DNA from: Anaerolineae bacterium
GTDB taxonomy: Bacteria > Chloroflexota > Anaerolineae > B4-G1 > DUEL01
NCBI GenBank assembly: GCA_034434635.1
Contig: DAOTYX010000130.1
Span: 1-36,349 of the forward strand
Direction of reading: 5' to 3'
DNA length: 36,349 bases
The notes below the pieces were generated by a model. It searched no databases and was not told where the DNA came from. It saw only the letters and a list, made by a program, of their open reading frames with translations. Every line of letters begins with the position of its first letter. Positions within the stretch are counted from its first letter, which is position 1. The position numbers were made by a program, and so were the translations under genes. This document shows positions 26,605 through 35,092 of the stretch, piece by piece.

Positions 26605-29490
26605 CTATTTCTCCTTGTACTGCTCTGGAAATTGCTCGACTGGCCACGACTGCGCCAGCCAGTCTGCGGCAGCAGACGGCAGCCCGGTCAGCGGCCCACG
26701 GCGGATTGTCGGTCCGGGCAGGGAAGTCAGGAACACCTGCCCGTAAGATTTGCTCACCAGCCGCCGGTCGAAGACGGCGACCACTCCGCGGTCGCTGCGG
26801 CTGCGGATGAGCCGCCCGAACCCCTGGAGGAAGAGCAACACGGCCTCGGGCACAGTGTACTCGTTGAACGCGTCGTCGAAGGTTTCCGAGCGGGCAGCGA
26901 CGATAGGGTCGCTGGGAACGCTGAAAGGTAGTTTGGTGATGACCAGGCAACTCAACGCCTGGCCTGGCACGTCCACGCCTTCCCAGAAACTGCGCGTGCC
27001 CAGAAGCACCGCCTGCTCGGTAGTGCGGAAGTTCTCCAGCAACTGGTTGCGCGAGAGGCCATGCCCCTGGGCGTAGACGGTGATGCCGGCCTGGGCCAAC
27101 GGCGCAGTGATCGCGCGAGCCGTGGTGCGGAGCTGGTTGTAGGAAGTGAATAGCGCCAGGGCTCGGCCGCGCGTGGCGCGAAACAGCGCCACCAGGCCCT
27201 GCTCCACCATCCGTTGGTAGCCTTGCTCATTCGGTTCGGGAATGTCGTCCACGATGTAGAGCAGGGTGGAATTGCGGAAATCGAACGGCGAATCCACTGC
27301 CACTTCTTCGGCGTCCCAGGCGTGCAACCTCTGGCGCAGGTAGTCGAAAGTGCCGGCAGTGCGCAGGGTGGCTGAAGTGAGGATGACGGATTCTTTCTTG
27401 TGGAAAAGGTGCGCTTCGACCAGCGGCCCGACGTGCAACGGCGCCGCGTGCAGGGATAGGGGGGTCGTCCCCGGCCCCCGCTCCAGCCAGTAGATGGTGG
27501 CGGCATGCGGCTGGGTGACGAAGGTGTTGAGGTGATCGTGGACCTCGGCCAGTCGGCGGGCCAGGCCCAGGAGTTGAGCCTCCAGGTCGTCGGCTTTCTT
27601 CAGGCCCAGGGAGGCCAGGTCGGAGAGGCCACCGGCCAGCCGCTCCAGGCTGTCGGCGACGGCGGCCAGCGGGTCGGCCGCGTCGTCCCAGGCTATCTCC
27701 ACGCTGTCCCAGGCAGGTTGAGCCCGCTGGGCCCCGGTCACACGCAGCACGCTGGCATACTGGCTCTGCTGGCTCTCCTGCTCCTCGGCAGTGAACTGTT
27801 CCAGGCGCTCGAAGAAGTTGTCGAGGGCGCGGGCGGCGCGCTCGGCGGCGTGCGCTGTCTGGCGGGCGAACTCCGTCACCTTGCCCAGCACCGCGTCGTC
27901 GAGACGCGCTGCCCGACAGCGGGCCACCACTTCGCCCAGCAGGCCGGTGAAGGGGGCGGCGCCGTGGACTGGAACCCGTCCCTCCTGTCGCCCGGCCTCA
28001 TCCAGCAGACGGTGAAGCGATGTGCGGTCCGTGCTGAAGGAGAGGCCACTGGTAGTGGCCGCTTCCAGATGATGGGCCTCATCCACGATCAGGTAGCGAT
28101 AGTCCGGCAGGGCGCGGTTCTGCACGGCCACGTCGGCCAGCAGCAGGGCGTGGTTGACGATGATCAGGTGGGCCGCCTCCGCCGCCTGTCGGGCGCGGTA
28201 GAAGAAGCAGGAGCCACGGTGAAAATGAGCGCAGCGCTCCGGGTCGCAGCCGTCGAAGTCCGCCGACAGGTCCCGCCAGACCGCCTGCTCGGCAGCGGTC
28301 GGCAGGAAGAGCCGGTCGCCGTCGCCGTCTATGGTGTGGGGCAGCCAGACCAGAACGCGGGCCAGGACGTCCATCACCTGCGCCGAGGATGGCCCGGTGC
28401 GCCGCAGGGTGTCCAGACGGGCCGGGCAGAGGTAGTGGGAGCGCCCCTTGAGCACCGCTGCCGAGAAGTCCAACCCCAGCGTGCGCGCCAGGTCGGGCAG
28501 GTCCTTGTGGTACAACTGCTCCTGCAGGTTGATGGTGTTGGTGGAGATGACCACCCGTTCGGAATTCTGGATCGCCCAGTGGACGGCGGGGATCAGGTAG
28601 GCCAGTGACTTACCGACGCCGGTGGGAGCCTCGACGAGCAGGTGGCGTCCCTCGTTGAGCGCGCGGGCCACCTGGCGTAGCATCTCCACCTGCTGGGGGC
28701 GGTGCTCATAGCCAGGGAAGCGACGGGCGAAGGGACCTCCTTTTTCGAGATAAGCCGCCAGCGCTTCCGGGTCTACTGGCCGATGCTCTTCCTCCGGCTC
28801 CAGCGGTATGGAGAGGGTGGGGGGAACCAACACCGGCGCACCCTCCTCGCGTCCGTACTTGGCGGCCAGCTGCGCGCCGATGGTACCGGAGAAGCCCCCC
28901 TGGGAGAGCCGACGCAGCGCCTGACGGAAGAAACTTGCCGCCGGCCAGTTCACCCGCTCGCCCAGGCGCACCAGTTCCTCCAGAAGCGAGGCGGGAAGGG
29001 CCTGGGCCCGCTCGAACAGGGCCAGGAAGAGCCGATGGGTGGTGTGCGCATCATCGAGGGCGCGGTGCGCTCCGGTCGGAGAGAGATTGAACAACGCGGC
29101 CAGTTCACCCAGGCTGTAGCGACGGGCATCAGGGGCCAAAACAGTCGCCAGGCTGAAGGTGTCCAGGACCCCGTTGGAGCCCAGAGAGGAACTGTGTTGC
29201 AGGAACCCCAGGTCGAAGCGGACGTTGTGGCCGACCAGTACACAATCGCCGATAAAGCGCACCAGGCGCGGCAGCACTTCTGGCAATCGTGGGGCGCCTG
29301 CCACGTCGTCATCGGTGATACCGGTCAGGGCAACGATGTCAGGGGGGAGGCGACGTCCGGGGTTGACCAGCGTGCCGAACTCGCCCAGCACCTGCTCGTC
29401 GCGGAACTTCACCGCGCCGATCTCGATGATGGCGTCCCGCTCGCTGTCCAGACCGGTCGTCTCCAGGTCTAGGGCAACGTAGACCGGCAA
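26605..29490 (-). CDS. dinG: Bifunctional 3'-5' exonuclease / ATP-dependent DNA helicase DinG: a DnaQ-like DEDDh exonuclease N-domain fused to a DinG/Rad3-family helicase.
   Basis: Exonuclease motifs VALDLETTGL (exo I), VGHNVRFDLGFL (exo II) and HRALDDA (exo III). Helicase Walker A APTGVGKS and DEAH box (IVDEAHHL). 961 aa. The TTG start is preceded by AAAGGAG. Confidence 0.85.
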   Translation of the reverse strand: MPVYVALDLETTGLDSERDAIIEIGAVKFRDEQVLGEFGTLVNPGRRLPPDIVALTGITDDDVAGAPRLPEVLPRLVRFIGDCVLVGHNVRFDLGFLQHSSSLGSNGVLDTFSLATVLAPDARRYSLGELAALFNLSPTGAHRALDDAHTTHRLFLALFERAQALPASLLEELVRLGERVNWPAASFFRQALRRLSQGGFSGTIGAQLAAKYGREEGAPVLVPPTLSIPLEPEEEHRPVDPEALAAYLEKGGPFARRFPGYEHRPQQVEMLRQVARALNEGRHLLVEAPTGVGKSLAYLIPAVHWAIQNSERVVISTNTINLQEQLYHKDLPDLARTLGLDFSAAVLKGRSHYLCPARLDTLRRTGPSSAQVMDVLARVLVWLPHTIDGDGDRLFLPTAAEQAVWRDLSADFDGCDPERCAHFHRGSCFFYRARQAAEAAHLIIVNHALLLADVAVQNRALPDYRYLIVDEAHHLEAATTSGLSFSTDRTSLHRLLDEAGRQEGRVPVHGAAPFTGLLGEVVARCRAARLDDAVLGKVTEFARQTAHAAERAARALDNFFERLEQFTAEEQESQQSQYASVLRVTGAQRAQPAWDSVEIAWDDAADPLAAVADSLERLAGGLSDLASLGLKKADDLEAQLLGLARRLAEVHDHLNTFVTQPHAATIYWLERGPGTTPLSLHAAPLHVGPLVEAHLFHKKESVILTSATLRTAGTFDYLRQRLHAWDAEEVAVDSPFDFRNSTLLYIVDDIPEPNEQGYQRMVEQGLVALFRATRGRALALFTSYNQLRTTARAITAPLAQAGITVYAQGHGLSRNQLLENFRTTEQAVLLGTRSFWEGVDVPGQALSCLVITKLPFSVPSDPIVAARSETFDDAFNEYTVPEAVLLFLQGFGRLIRSRSDRGVVAVFDRRLVSKSYGQVFLTSLPGPTIRRGPLTGLPSAAADWLAQSWPVEQFPEQYKEK

Positions 29491-29613
29491 GTTATCGCTC
29501 CTTTCGAGGGAATCTCAACCTGCGCTCCGTCTCCTGCGCGTCTCCGTGTTGCGCCGCTGACTGAGGGGAGGCTGGGGGGGCCGGCGGGCAGTGGGGCAGG
29601 CTTGCAGAGGGAG

Positions 29614-29619
29614 ATTATA
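29614..29619 (-). promoter_or_regulatory. Candidate -10 box (TATAAT) for dinG. No convincing -35 is seen.
   Basis: The minus strand reads GGGTATAAT, about 120 nt upstream of the dinG start codon. Confidence 0.25.
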
Positions 29620-29680
29620 CCCCGGAAAGCCAAAAGAGGCCAGAGGCTACTGTGGGCCGATGCCCTTGTGGCTGAGGGGT

Positions 29681-30073
29681 TCAGCCTTCGCCGTTGAGCC
29701 ACGCTTGCAGCCGTTGCCAGAGTGAGGGGGAGGTTGGCGATGCTGGTGGGGCGGCGGGGGTGGGTGTGGCGGCGGAGGGGGTTAACGGCACAGAGAGGAC
29801 GACCTCGCCAGGCCGTGCCCAGCCCAGATGGACGCGGGCCCACTTTTCGGCGGACTCGGTCAGCGAGGTGCCGCTTTGTTGGTCCAGCAGCGAGGCGTGA
29901 TGCTCCTCGGCGCTGGCAAGGAGGGGCTGCAGCGCTGCCTCGGTGGCGCGGATCTTTTCCAGGCGGACCTCCAGTTGCCAGATGCCATGGACCAGGCTGG
30001 CGATGATGGCCAGTCCAACCACAGCGATCACGGCCATTGCCCAGACCTCGCGGCTGATCTGTACGGGCTTCAT
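29681..30073 (-). CDS. Small membrane-anchored coiled-coil protein, FtsB/DivIC-like (septum formation initiator family). Tentative.
   Basis: N-terminal transmembrane helix (WAMAVIAVVGLAIIASLV), then a heptad-like region (LEVRLEKIRATEAALQPLL) and a Pro/Thr-rich tail. ATG preceded by AGGAGGAG. Confidence 0.45.
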   Translation of the reverse strand: MKPVQISREVWAMAVIAVVGLAIIASLVHGIWQLEVRLEKIRATEAALQPLLASAEEHHASLLDQQSGTSLTESAEKWARVHLGWARPGEVVLSVPLTPSAATPTPAAPPASPTSPSLWQRLQAWLNGEG

Positions 30074-30095
30074 CCTCTCACTCCTCCTGTATTAT

Positions 30096-30123
30096 ATGAT
30101 ACTGATAATCGCTGTTTCGTCAA
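30096..30123 (-). promoter_or_regulatory. Strong candidate promoter for the FtsB-like gene.
   Basis: The minus strand reads TTGACG, a 16-nt spacer, then TATCATATAAT, then AGGAGGAG ATG. Confidence 0.45.
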
Positions 30124-30159
30124 GAGAGAGTGCCTCTGAGGTGTGTCCCAATTTTGTCG

Positions 30160-30193
30160 GGCTGGCCGCTTTGTAGGACAACTGCTCGCAGTT
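30160..30193. promoter_or_regulatory. Perfect 15-bp inverted repeat with a 4-nt spacer: TTTGTAGGACAACTG-ctcg-CAGTTGTCCTACAAA. A candidate operator, or a hairpin.
   Basis: It lies about 40 bp upstream of the -35 box of the ftsB-like promoter and is flanked by CTGGCC on both sides. Confidence 0.4.
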
Positions 30194-30220
30194 GTCCTAC
30201 AAACCTGGCCAGGCCTTTCT

Positions 30221-30500
30221 CCGGTGGGCGGGGCATCGAGATGCCGCCCCTACGGCGTCGGCGGGCGGGACGTCCCGATGCGTTGGCGGGGCGGCATAAG
30301 GGTGCCGCCCTGCGGTATACCCCGTAGCCGACGCATCCCTATGCGTCGGCGGGCGGCACGGGGGTGCCGCCCCTACGGTGTCGACGGGTCCTGGAGAGGG
30401 GCGGGGGGCGGCCCCTGGCAATGGTGTTGGCAGCGATGGGGGCCGCCCCCTCCTCTCGTGACGGGGAAGCCGGTTGCGGGCGGGCAGGTCACGCAGGCAG
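30221..30500. repeat. Array of at least four degenerate GC-rich hairpin repeat units (period about 60-70 nt) in an ORF-free region.
   Basis: Units of the form GGGCGGCA-loop-TGCCGCCCCTACGGyGTCGrCGGG recur at about 30227, 30290, 30350 and 30420. There are additional palindromes GGGACGTCCC and CCGACGCAT-ccct-ATGCGTCGG. Repeats are not identical and spacing is not regular. Confidence 0.5.
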
Positions 30501-31142
30501 CGATGAGGCAGCGATGTCGCGCGGACGCTCCCTACCCGCAGGCCAGCAACTCTCCCCGTCCCTGCAGACTGCGCCCGATGACAGGTCAGCCGTTGGCGCA
30601 TCCTCCCTGCATCGGGTCGCCTGACAGGCGGTGGCATGTGTGCGTTGTGGCTGTCATTATGCCTCCTTGAGTTTGGTTCAGCCTCCCACTTGAGCGCTGG
30701 CGGTTTCGAAGGCCGTCTTCTCGCAACGCCCGGGCGGAGGGCTGCTGCTATTTGAAACGCAGTATACGGGATGCCTATACACCAAACTATACTCAGAGAG
30801 GGTGGGGCGATTGCCTATGATTTCATAGGCATAATGGGATGGGCGAGGTCAGGCCGCGGTTTTGCCTGTCCTCGGATAGGCTCTAAGTTACAAACAATTG
30901 TAGACTGAGGCGGGTGGTACATTTCCTAAAACAATATACAATCACCACGGGCAGGTCCCCTGTAGCACAGGCAATTAGCCTGTCCTGCTCGAAGAGGGCT
31001 CTCGGCGGGTCTGTGACCTGCTGAACGTCGGCCACAGACCGGCATTGAGCAATGGCGGCAGTAACAATATGCAGTCATGCCTGACTGGCAGGTTTTCGAA
31101 CTGCAGGCGCGCGTTTCAACGTTCCTACATCGTGAGGGTGCT

Positions 31143-31952
31143 ATGCCGATACCGCTTTCGCTGGCTCCCTACCTGCGGGGTGGGGGTATCGTCCTGCTGA
31201 GCGCCTCCATCGTCTCCCTGGTGATCAGTATCCTCTGTTTTCATCGCGCTCGTGTTGACACGTATTATTTCCTGCGCGAGAATGCCCGGCGCGCTGGCCT
31301 GCGCTGGCTCAGCGTCAGCCTGCCGCTGGTGGTCCTGGGGTTGGTGGCGCTCTTCCTGCCAGTGGGCCCGTCGGCAACCCCGCCGCTCACCGCCGCGCCA
31401 TCCCCCACGCTCTCGCCGACCGCTCTGGTTAGCCCTTCGGCTGTGCCCACCCGCGCGCCCACAGCCACCCCGCGCCCCTCGGCCACCCCGCCCCCCCGCC
31501 CGACGGCCACCCCTTCGCCCAGCCCGACGCCCACGCCATTCTACCCCCTGCCTGAAGGAGCCTCTGTCCGACTGCCAGGTGCTACTCCCGCCGGGCCTGA
31601 GGCGCAGATCGTCCTGCGCACCTTCGCCCTGGGTGAGGCGGCAGGCCAACCGGTCTCGCCTGGCACGACCTTCCCGGCGGGGGACTACCGCGTCTATCTC
31701 TTCTTCGACTATAGCGGGATGGAACCCGGCATTACCTGGACCTACGGCTGGTATCGGGAGGGGGAGTATATGGACGGCAACACCTGCCCGTGGGGGACGA
31801 CACGGGCGGACTGTCCGCACGTTGGCCGGCGGGCAGGCAGCACGTATCTCTTCTACCGTCGGCCTGAGGGGTATGATCCAGGGGTCTACGCGGTGCGCAT
31901 CTGGATCGAGGACCGGTTGCAGGGGACGCTGGAGTTCAGCGTCACCGAATAG
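31143..31952 (+). CDS. Membrane protein with two transmembrane helices, a Pro/Thr-rich linker and a roughly 130-aa C-terminal domain of unknown function.
   Basis: The ATG at 31143 is preceded by GAGGGTG. Transmembrane helices GIVLLSASIVSLVISILCF and LSVSLPLVVLGLVALFL, then a (PTxTP)n linker. Confidence 0.55.
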   Translation: MPIPLSLAPYLRGGGIVLLSASIVSLVISILCFHRARVDTYYFLRENARRAGLRWLSVSLPLVVLGLVALFLPVGPSATPPLTAAPSPTLSPTALVSPSAVPTRAPTATPRPSATPPPRPTATPSPSPTPTPFYPLPEGASVRLPGATPAGPEAQIVLRTFALGEAAGQPVSPGTTFPAGDYRVYLFFDYSGMEPGITWTYGWYREGEYMDGNTCPWGTTRADCPHVGRRAGSTYLFYRRPEGYDPGVYAVRIWIEDRLQGTLEFSVTE

Positions 31953-31963
31953 GTGCCAGAGGT

Positions 31964-31988
31964 GCCAGGCACCTCAGAGGTGCCTGGC
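31964..31988. terminator. 11-bp stem hairpin between convergent genes: a possible bidirectional terminator without a U-tract.
   Basis: CCAGGCACCTC-aga-GAGGTGCCTGG, between the stop at 31952 (+) and the stop at 32000 (-). Confidence 0.3.
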
Positions 31989-31999
31989 GACCTCCCTCC

Positions 32000-32659
32000 T
32001 CACAGACACGCCAACAGCACCAGGACGGAGACCGCTGGCACGGTCAGGTTGTCGGTGCCCCAGGGGGAGAGCGCCTCGGCGACGGCAGCGGCTGCCGCCG
32101 TGGCCCAGGCTACCGGCAGGGCGGACCAGCCGGCAAACGGGCTGGCGGGGAGGAGGGCCAGCGGGAGCACGGTAGCAGCCCAGGCGACGACGAAGAAGGC
32201 CAGCGAGCCCTCCAGCGAGCGGGCGCTGCCCAGGAGACGGTAGGTGTGCCGGCCCCAACGGCGGCCCACCACCGCGGCCAACGCGTCCCCCCAGGTCATC
32301 GGCATCAACGCTGCCACCAGCAGCGGCCGCTGCGCCCACAGCAGCCAGGTGAGGATGGAGAAGGAGATGGGGAAGTAGATCGTGCCCAGTTTCCCGCGCT
32401 CGCTCAACTCCATCCCCTTGAAGGTCCCTTTCCAGTAGGAGAAGGTGTTGATGAAGATGAATGAGATGGGAGGGATGAGGGCCATCCAGCGATTGGTGAA
32501 CAGGAGGAGGATGTAGGCGGTCATGCCAGCAGCGATGTGGACGACCTTGCGGGTGAAGTCCACCGGGTAACCCTGCCGGCGGCGCAGCCACTCCGCCACG
32601 CCGAGCGCGGCGAAGAGGTAGAGATAGGAGAGGAGGAGGACGGGGAAATCTCTGGTCAT
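32000..32659 (-). CDS. CTP-transferase-1 (CdsA / phosphatidate cytidylyltransferase) family membrane protein, possibly a polyprenol/dolichol-kinase-like enzyme.
   Basis: Multi-transmembrane protein. WGDALAAVVGRRWGRHTY matches the CdsA-family signature (S/G)D.(G/A)A..(V/F)G+.(F/W)G+H. At 219 aa it is shorter than canonical CdsA. ATG preceded by GAGAGGCGAG. Confidence 0.5.
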   Translation of the reverse strand: MTRDFPVLLLSYLYLFAALGVAEWLRRRQGYPVDFTRKVVHIAAGMTAYILLLFTNRWMALIPPISFIFINTFSYWKGTFKGMELSERGKLGTIYFPISFSILTWLLWAQRPLLVAALMPMTWGDALAAVVGRRWGRHTYRLLGSARSLEGSLAFFVVAWAATVLPLALLPASPFAGWSALPVAWATAAAAAVAEALSPWGTDNLTVPAVSVLVLLACL

Positions 32660-32736
32660 CTACTCGCCTCTCAATAAGACTTGGCCTGCCCTCGCCGCGT
32701 CACAGACCTGGCAGGGACTCTTGACTCACTACCCCT

Positions 32737-33729
32737 TCACGCACAGGCTCTCAAGAGGGCCACGGGGTAGACGTAGTCGTCAGGAGGGGCAGTCCCCCAT
32801 CCTCCGATAATCCGCGCATCCACCTTGACAAAGCGAACCATCGGCGGAGTGCTGTTTTCGCGCACGAAGTATCCGAGGTCTGTGCCTGACGCATCCTGGC
32901 GGGCGTAGTATAGCCATAGATTGCCGCTCCCTGCCGGGCTGCGCAGCAGCAGGCGGTCATCATCCCTGGCCCGCAACCAGGTGCGGTCCGCAGGGGGAAT
33001 CTCAAGGATGTGGTAATTCCCCTTGCAGAGGGTGACAGCCCCCCCTTCAGGCAGGGCGTCTACCTCGAAGGTGCGCCCTTCGAGCATGACCCGAGAGACC
33101 AGCACCGGCTCGTCGCGGATATCAAAGTCCGCCACGTAAGCGGGAGGGGCGCTGCTGCCGATGGCGCGGCCAGGCACGACCATCGTCGTGTACAACCCTC
33201 CCTGGTCTTCAGGTTCGGTCAGGGACTCGATGAGTTGGCCGATCCATCCCTTTAATCGTTCGCACTCCCCCGCCTCAGTATTGGCAGCCTTCTGGGTCCA
33301 GAAATCACGCGCGTTCCCGAACCGTCTGCCGGCGTCCTCATACCGATCGAGGGCCTCCGTTTTCTCGCCGAGCAAATGATGAATGAGGGCCAGGTTATAT
33401 TGAGCGACGGCCTCGTTGTGTTGCTGCGCCTGGCTGTGTTGGCGTTGGAGGATATCGGCGGCTGCTTTCGCACAGTCGAGCGCTGGCCCCAATCTGCCCA
33501 TCTCACGGTAGATGTCGCACAGGCAGATGAAAGCCGCAGCGTGTTCGAGACGGCCTGTCGTCTCGCGCCGGAAGCCGCCCAGCAGTTCTTGAGCGATGCG
33601 CTCGGCTTCGCGCAGGTTCCCCTTCTGACGGGCTGTCCTCACGCGCCCCAGCAGCCGACGGGCGGAGCCAGGCATGTTGTCATCCCGGAACAGGTTGGAT
33701 GGCATCAGATCTTCCGTCAGGTAGATCAT
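32737..33729 (-). CDS. TPR-like repeat protein, unknown function.
   Basis: Its ATG overlaps the upstream TGA (ATGA). Helical repeat region (LREAERIAQELL...AAFICLCDIYREMGRLGPALDCAKAA...AQYNLALIHHLLGEKTEALDRYEDAGRRFG), then a beta-rich C-terminus. Confidence 0.5.
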   Translation of the reverse strand: MIYLTEDLMPSNLFRDDNMPGSARRLLGRVRTARQKGNLREAERIAQELLGGFRRETTGRLEHAAAFICLCDIYREMGRLGPALDCAKAAADILQRQHSQAQQHNEAVAQYNLALIHHLLGEKTEALDRYEDAGRRFGNARDFWTQKAANTEAGECERLKGWIGQLIESLTEPEDQGGLYTTMVVPGRAIGSSAPPAYVADFDIRDEPVLVSRVMLEGRTFEVDALPEGGAVTLCKGNYHILEIPPADRTWLRARDDDRLLLRSPAGSGNLWLYYARQDASGTDLGYFVRENSTPPMVRFVKVDARIIGGWGTAPPDDYVYPVALLRACA

Positions 33730-35078
33730 CTCGCCTCCTTCGCCGGCTCGCCTTCCGAGGCCTTCTCGCCTGGGAGCATCTTCTCCTGCCCCAGCGCGTC
33801 CTGGAGCCGTTTGAGGGTCTGTATCGCTTCCGGCGGCATGTAGGCCCGCAGGTATGGGTCGAAGGACATCCAGCGCAGCGCCTGGACGAAGCGGGTGGCC
33901 AGCAGGTAGGTGCGGAGCTCGCCCTCCGTATTCACCACCGACTGGAGGGCCTCAGTCAGCGTGATCAACATCTCCGCCTGGGCCTGGGCCTGGGCCGTCT
34001 CCAGGCGCATGATCTCCGCCTCCCCTTCCAGCCGTGTCGTCAACGCCTGCGCCTCCCAGTCCGCCTGCCAGGCCTCGATCCACTGGCGGGGCACCCGATC
34101 GTCCTCCCCGGCGTGGCCCGGCTCTTTTGCCTTCTCGCCCCGTCTGACCCAGATTTCTCCCAGATCCACGCTGATGATCTTGGCCCCGACCCGTTCGGCC
34201 TTCTGCCGCAACTCCTCCTCCAGCCGTCGGCGGATGATCTCCCGTGGCGGATCAGCGCCCTGGCGGGCGGGGGCGAGCAGCCAGTCCAGCATGTACTCGG
34301 CCAGGATGTCGCGCAGTGTCCCCTCGGTGAAGCCGATCACCACTCGTCCCGCCCAGTCCATCGGCCATTTGTCCCAACCCGGGTCGCGCACCCAACGGCT
34401 GGTGGCGGCGCGCAGGACCGCCTCCGCTGTGTACGGGTAGGGCTCTTCATCTGTGGGCTGTTTGTTCTGCACACGTCCGTGTTCGTCCGTGAAGCGGTCA
34501 TCAATCTTGAAACTGATGTCCGCCTCGCAGACGACGGGGATGCCCTCCCGTGTCATCGCGCTGACCTCGTAGACCCAGCGTTGGGGTTTCAGGTCCACGA
34601 TCTCCCAGACCTTCTCAAACGGCTCCAGTGTGGGGAAGCCCCGTCCCAGCACGCGATGGAGCCGACCGCATCGTTCGGTGACGACGGCGCTATCGTTATA
34701 GATGACCAGCGCACCGGGCCCGCCGACTTTATGCAGGACGCTGTCTTTCCCTACGGCAATCTTGCCCTCTTTGATGAGCAGGAATGGGCCAAACTCACAG
34801 GAGCCGAACAGCAGGCGGCTCAGGAAGCCAAAAGCATCGTCTCTGTTCTTGATCTTGTAGAGTTCACAAAGGAAACGGGAGATGAATGAGGGGACCGCAA
34901 CCAGCGCTATAAGGACGGGTAACATAACCCATATGGTGCGCAGGGCATGCGGGAAGGGGTCCAGCGGCACACGGTTGGTCACCCACAGGCCGAGGATGAC
35001 GGTCACTGCCACTGGTGGAAACAGCACCAGGAGCAGCCGCGTGAAGTGTCGGATAAGCCTCCTCAGAAGCGAAGCCAT
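33726..35078 (-). CDS. Membrane-anchored SPFH/band-7-like protein (divergent, flotillin-like). Tentative.
   Basis: The ATG at 35078 is preceded by GGGAAGAGGG; the ORF-track start at 35369 encodes a low-complexity Arg/Gly/Pro extension and is rejected. Transmembrane N-terminus, then GGPGALVIYNDSAVVTER...VDLKPQRW..MTREGIPVVCEADISFKI, resembling the SPFH core (GPG...DLRxQ...TxDG..V.V...F+I). Coiled-coil C-terminus with AQAQAQAEM. Confidence 0.5.
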   Translation of the reverse strand: MASLLRRLIRHFTRLLLVLFPPVAVTVILGLWVTNRVPLDPFPHALRTIWVMLPVLIALVAVPSFISRFLCELYKIKNRDDAFGFLSRLLFGSCEFGPFLLIKEGKIAVGKDSVLHKVGGPGALVIYNDSAVVTERCGRLHRVLGRGFPTLEPFEKVWEIVDLKPQRWVYEVSAMTREGIPVVCEADISFKIDDRFTDEHGRVQNKQPTDEEPYPYTAEAVLRAATSRWVRDPGWDKWPMDWAGRVVIGFTEGTLRDILAEYMLDWLLAPARQGADPPREIIRRRLEEELRQKAERVGAKIISVDLGEIWVRRGEKAKEPGHAGEDDRVPRQWIEAWQADWEAQALTTRLEGEAEIMRLETAQAQAQAEMLITLTEALQSVVNTEGELRTYLLATRFVQALRWMSFDPYLRAYMPPEAIQTLKRLQDALGQEKMLPGEKASEGEPAKEAR

Positions 35079-35092
35079 TTTGGCCCTCTTCC

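Noticed and set aside
30221-30500. Possible CRISPR array in the GC-rich repeat island.
   Set aside because: The repeat units are not identical, their spacing is irregular (16-70 nt), and the putative spacers are themselves repeat-related. No cas genes are nearby.
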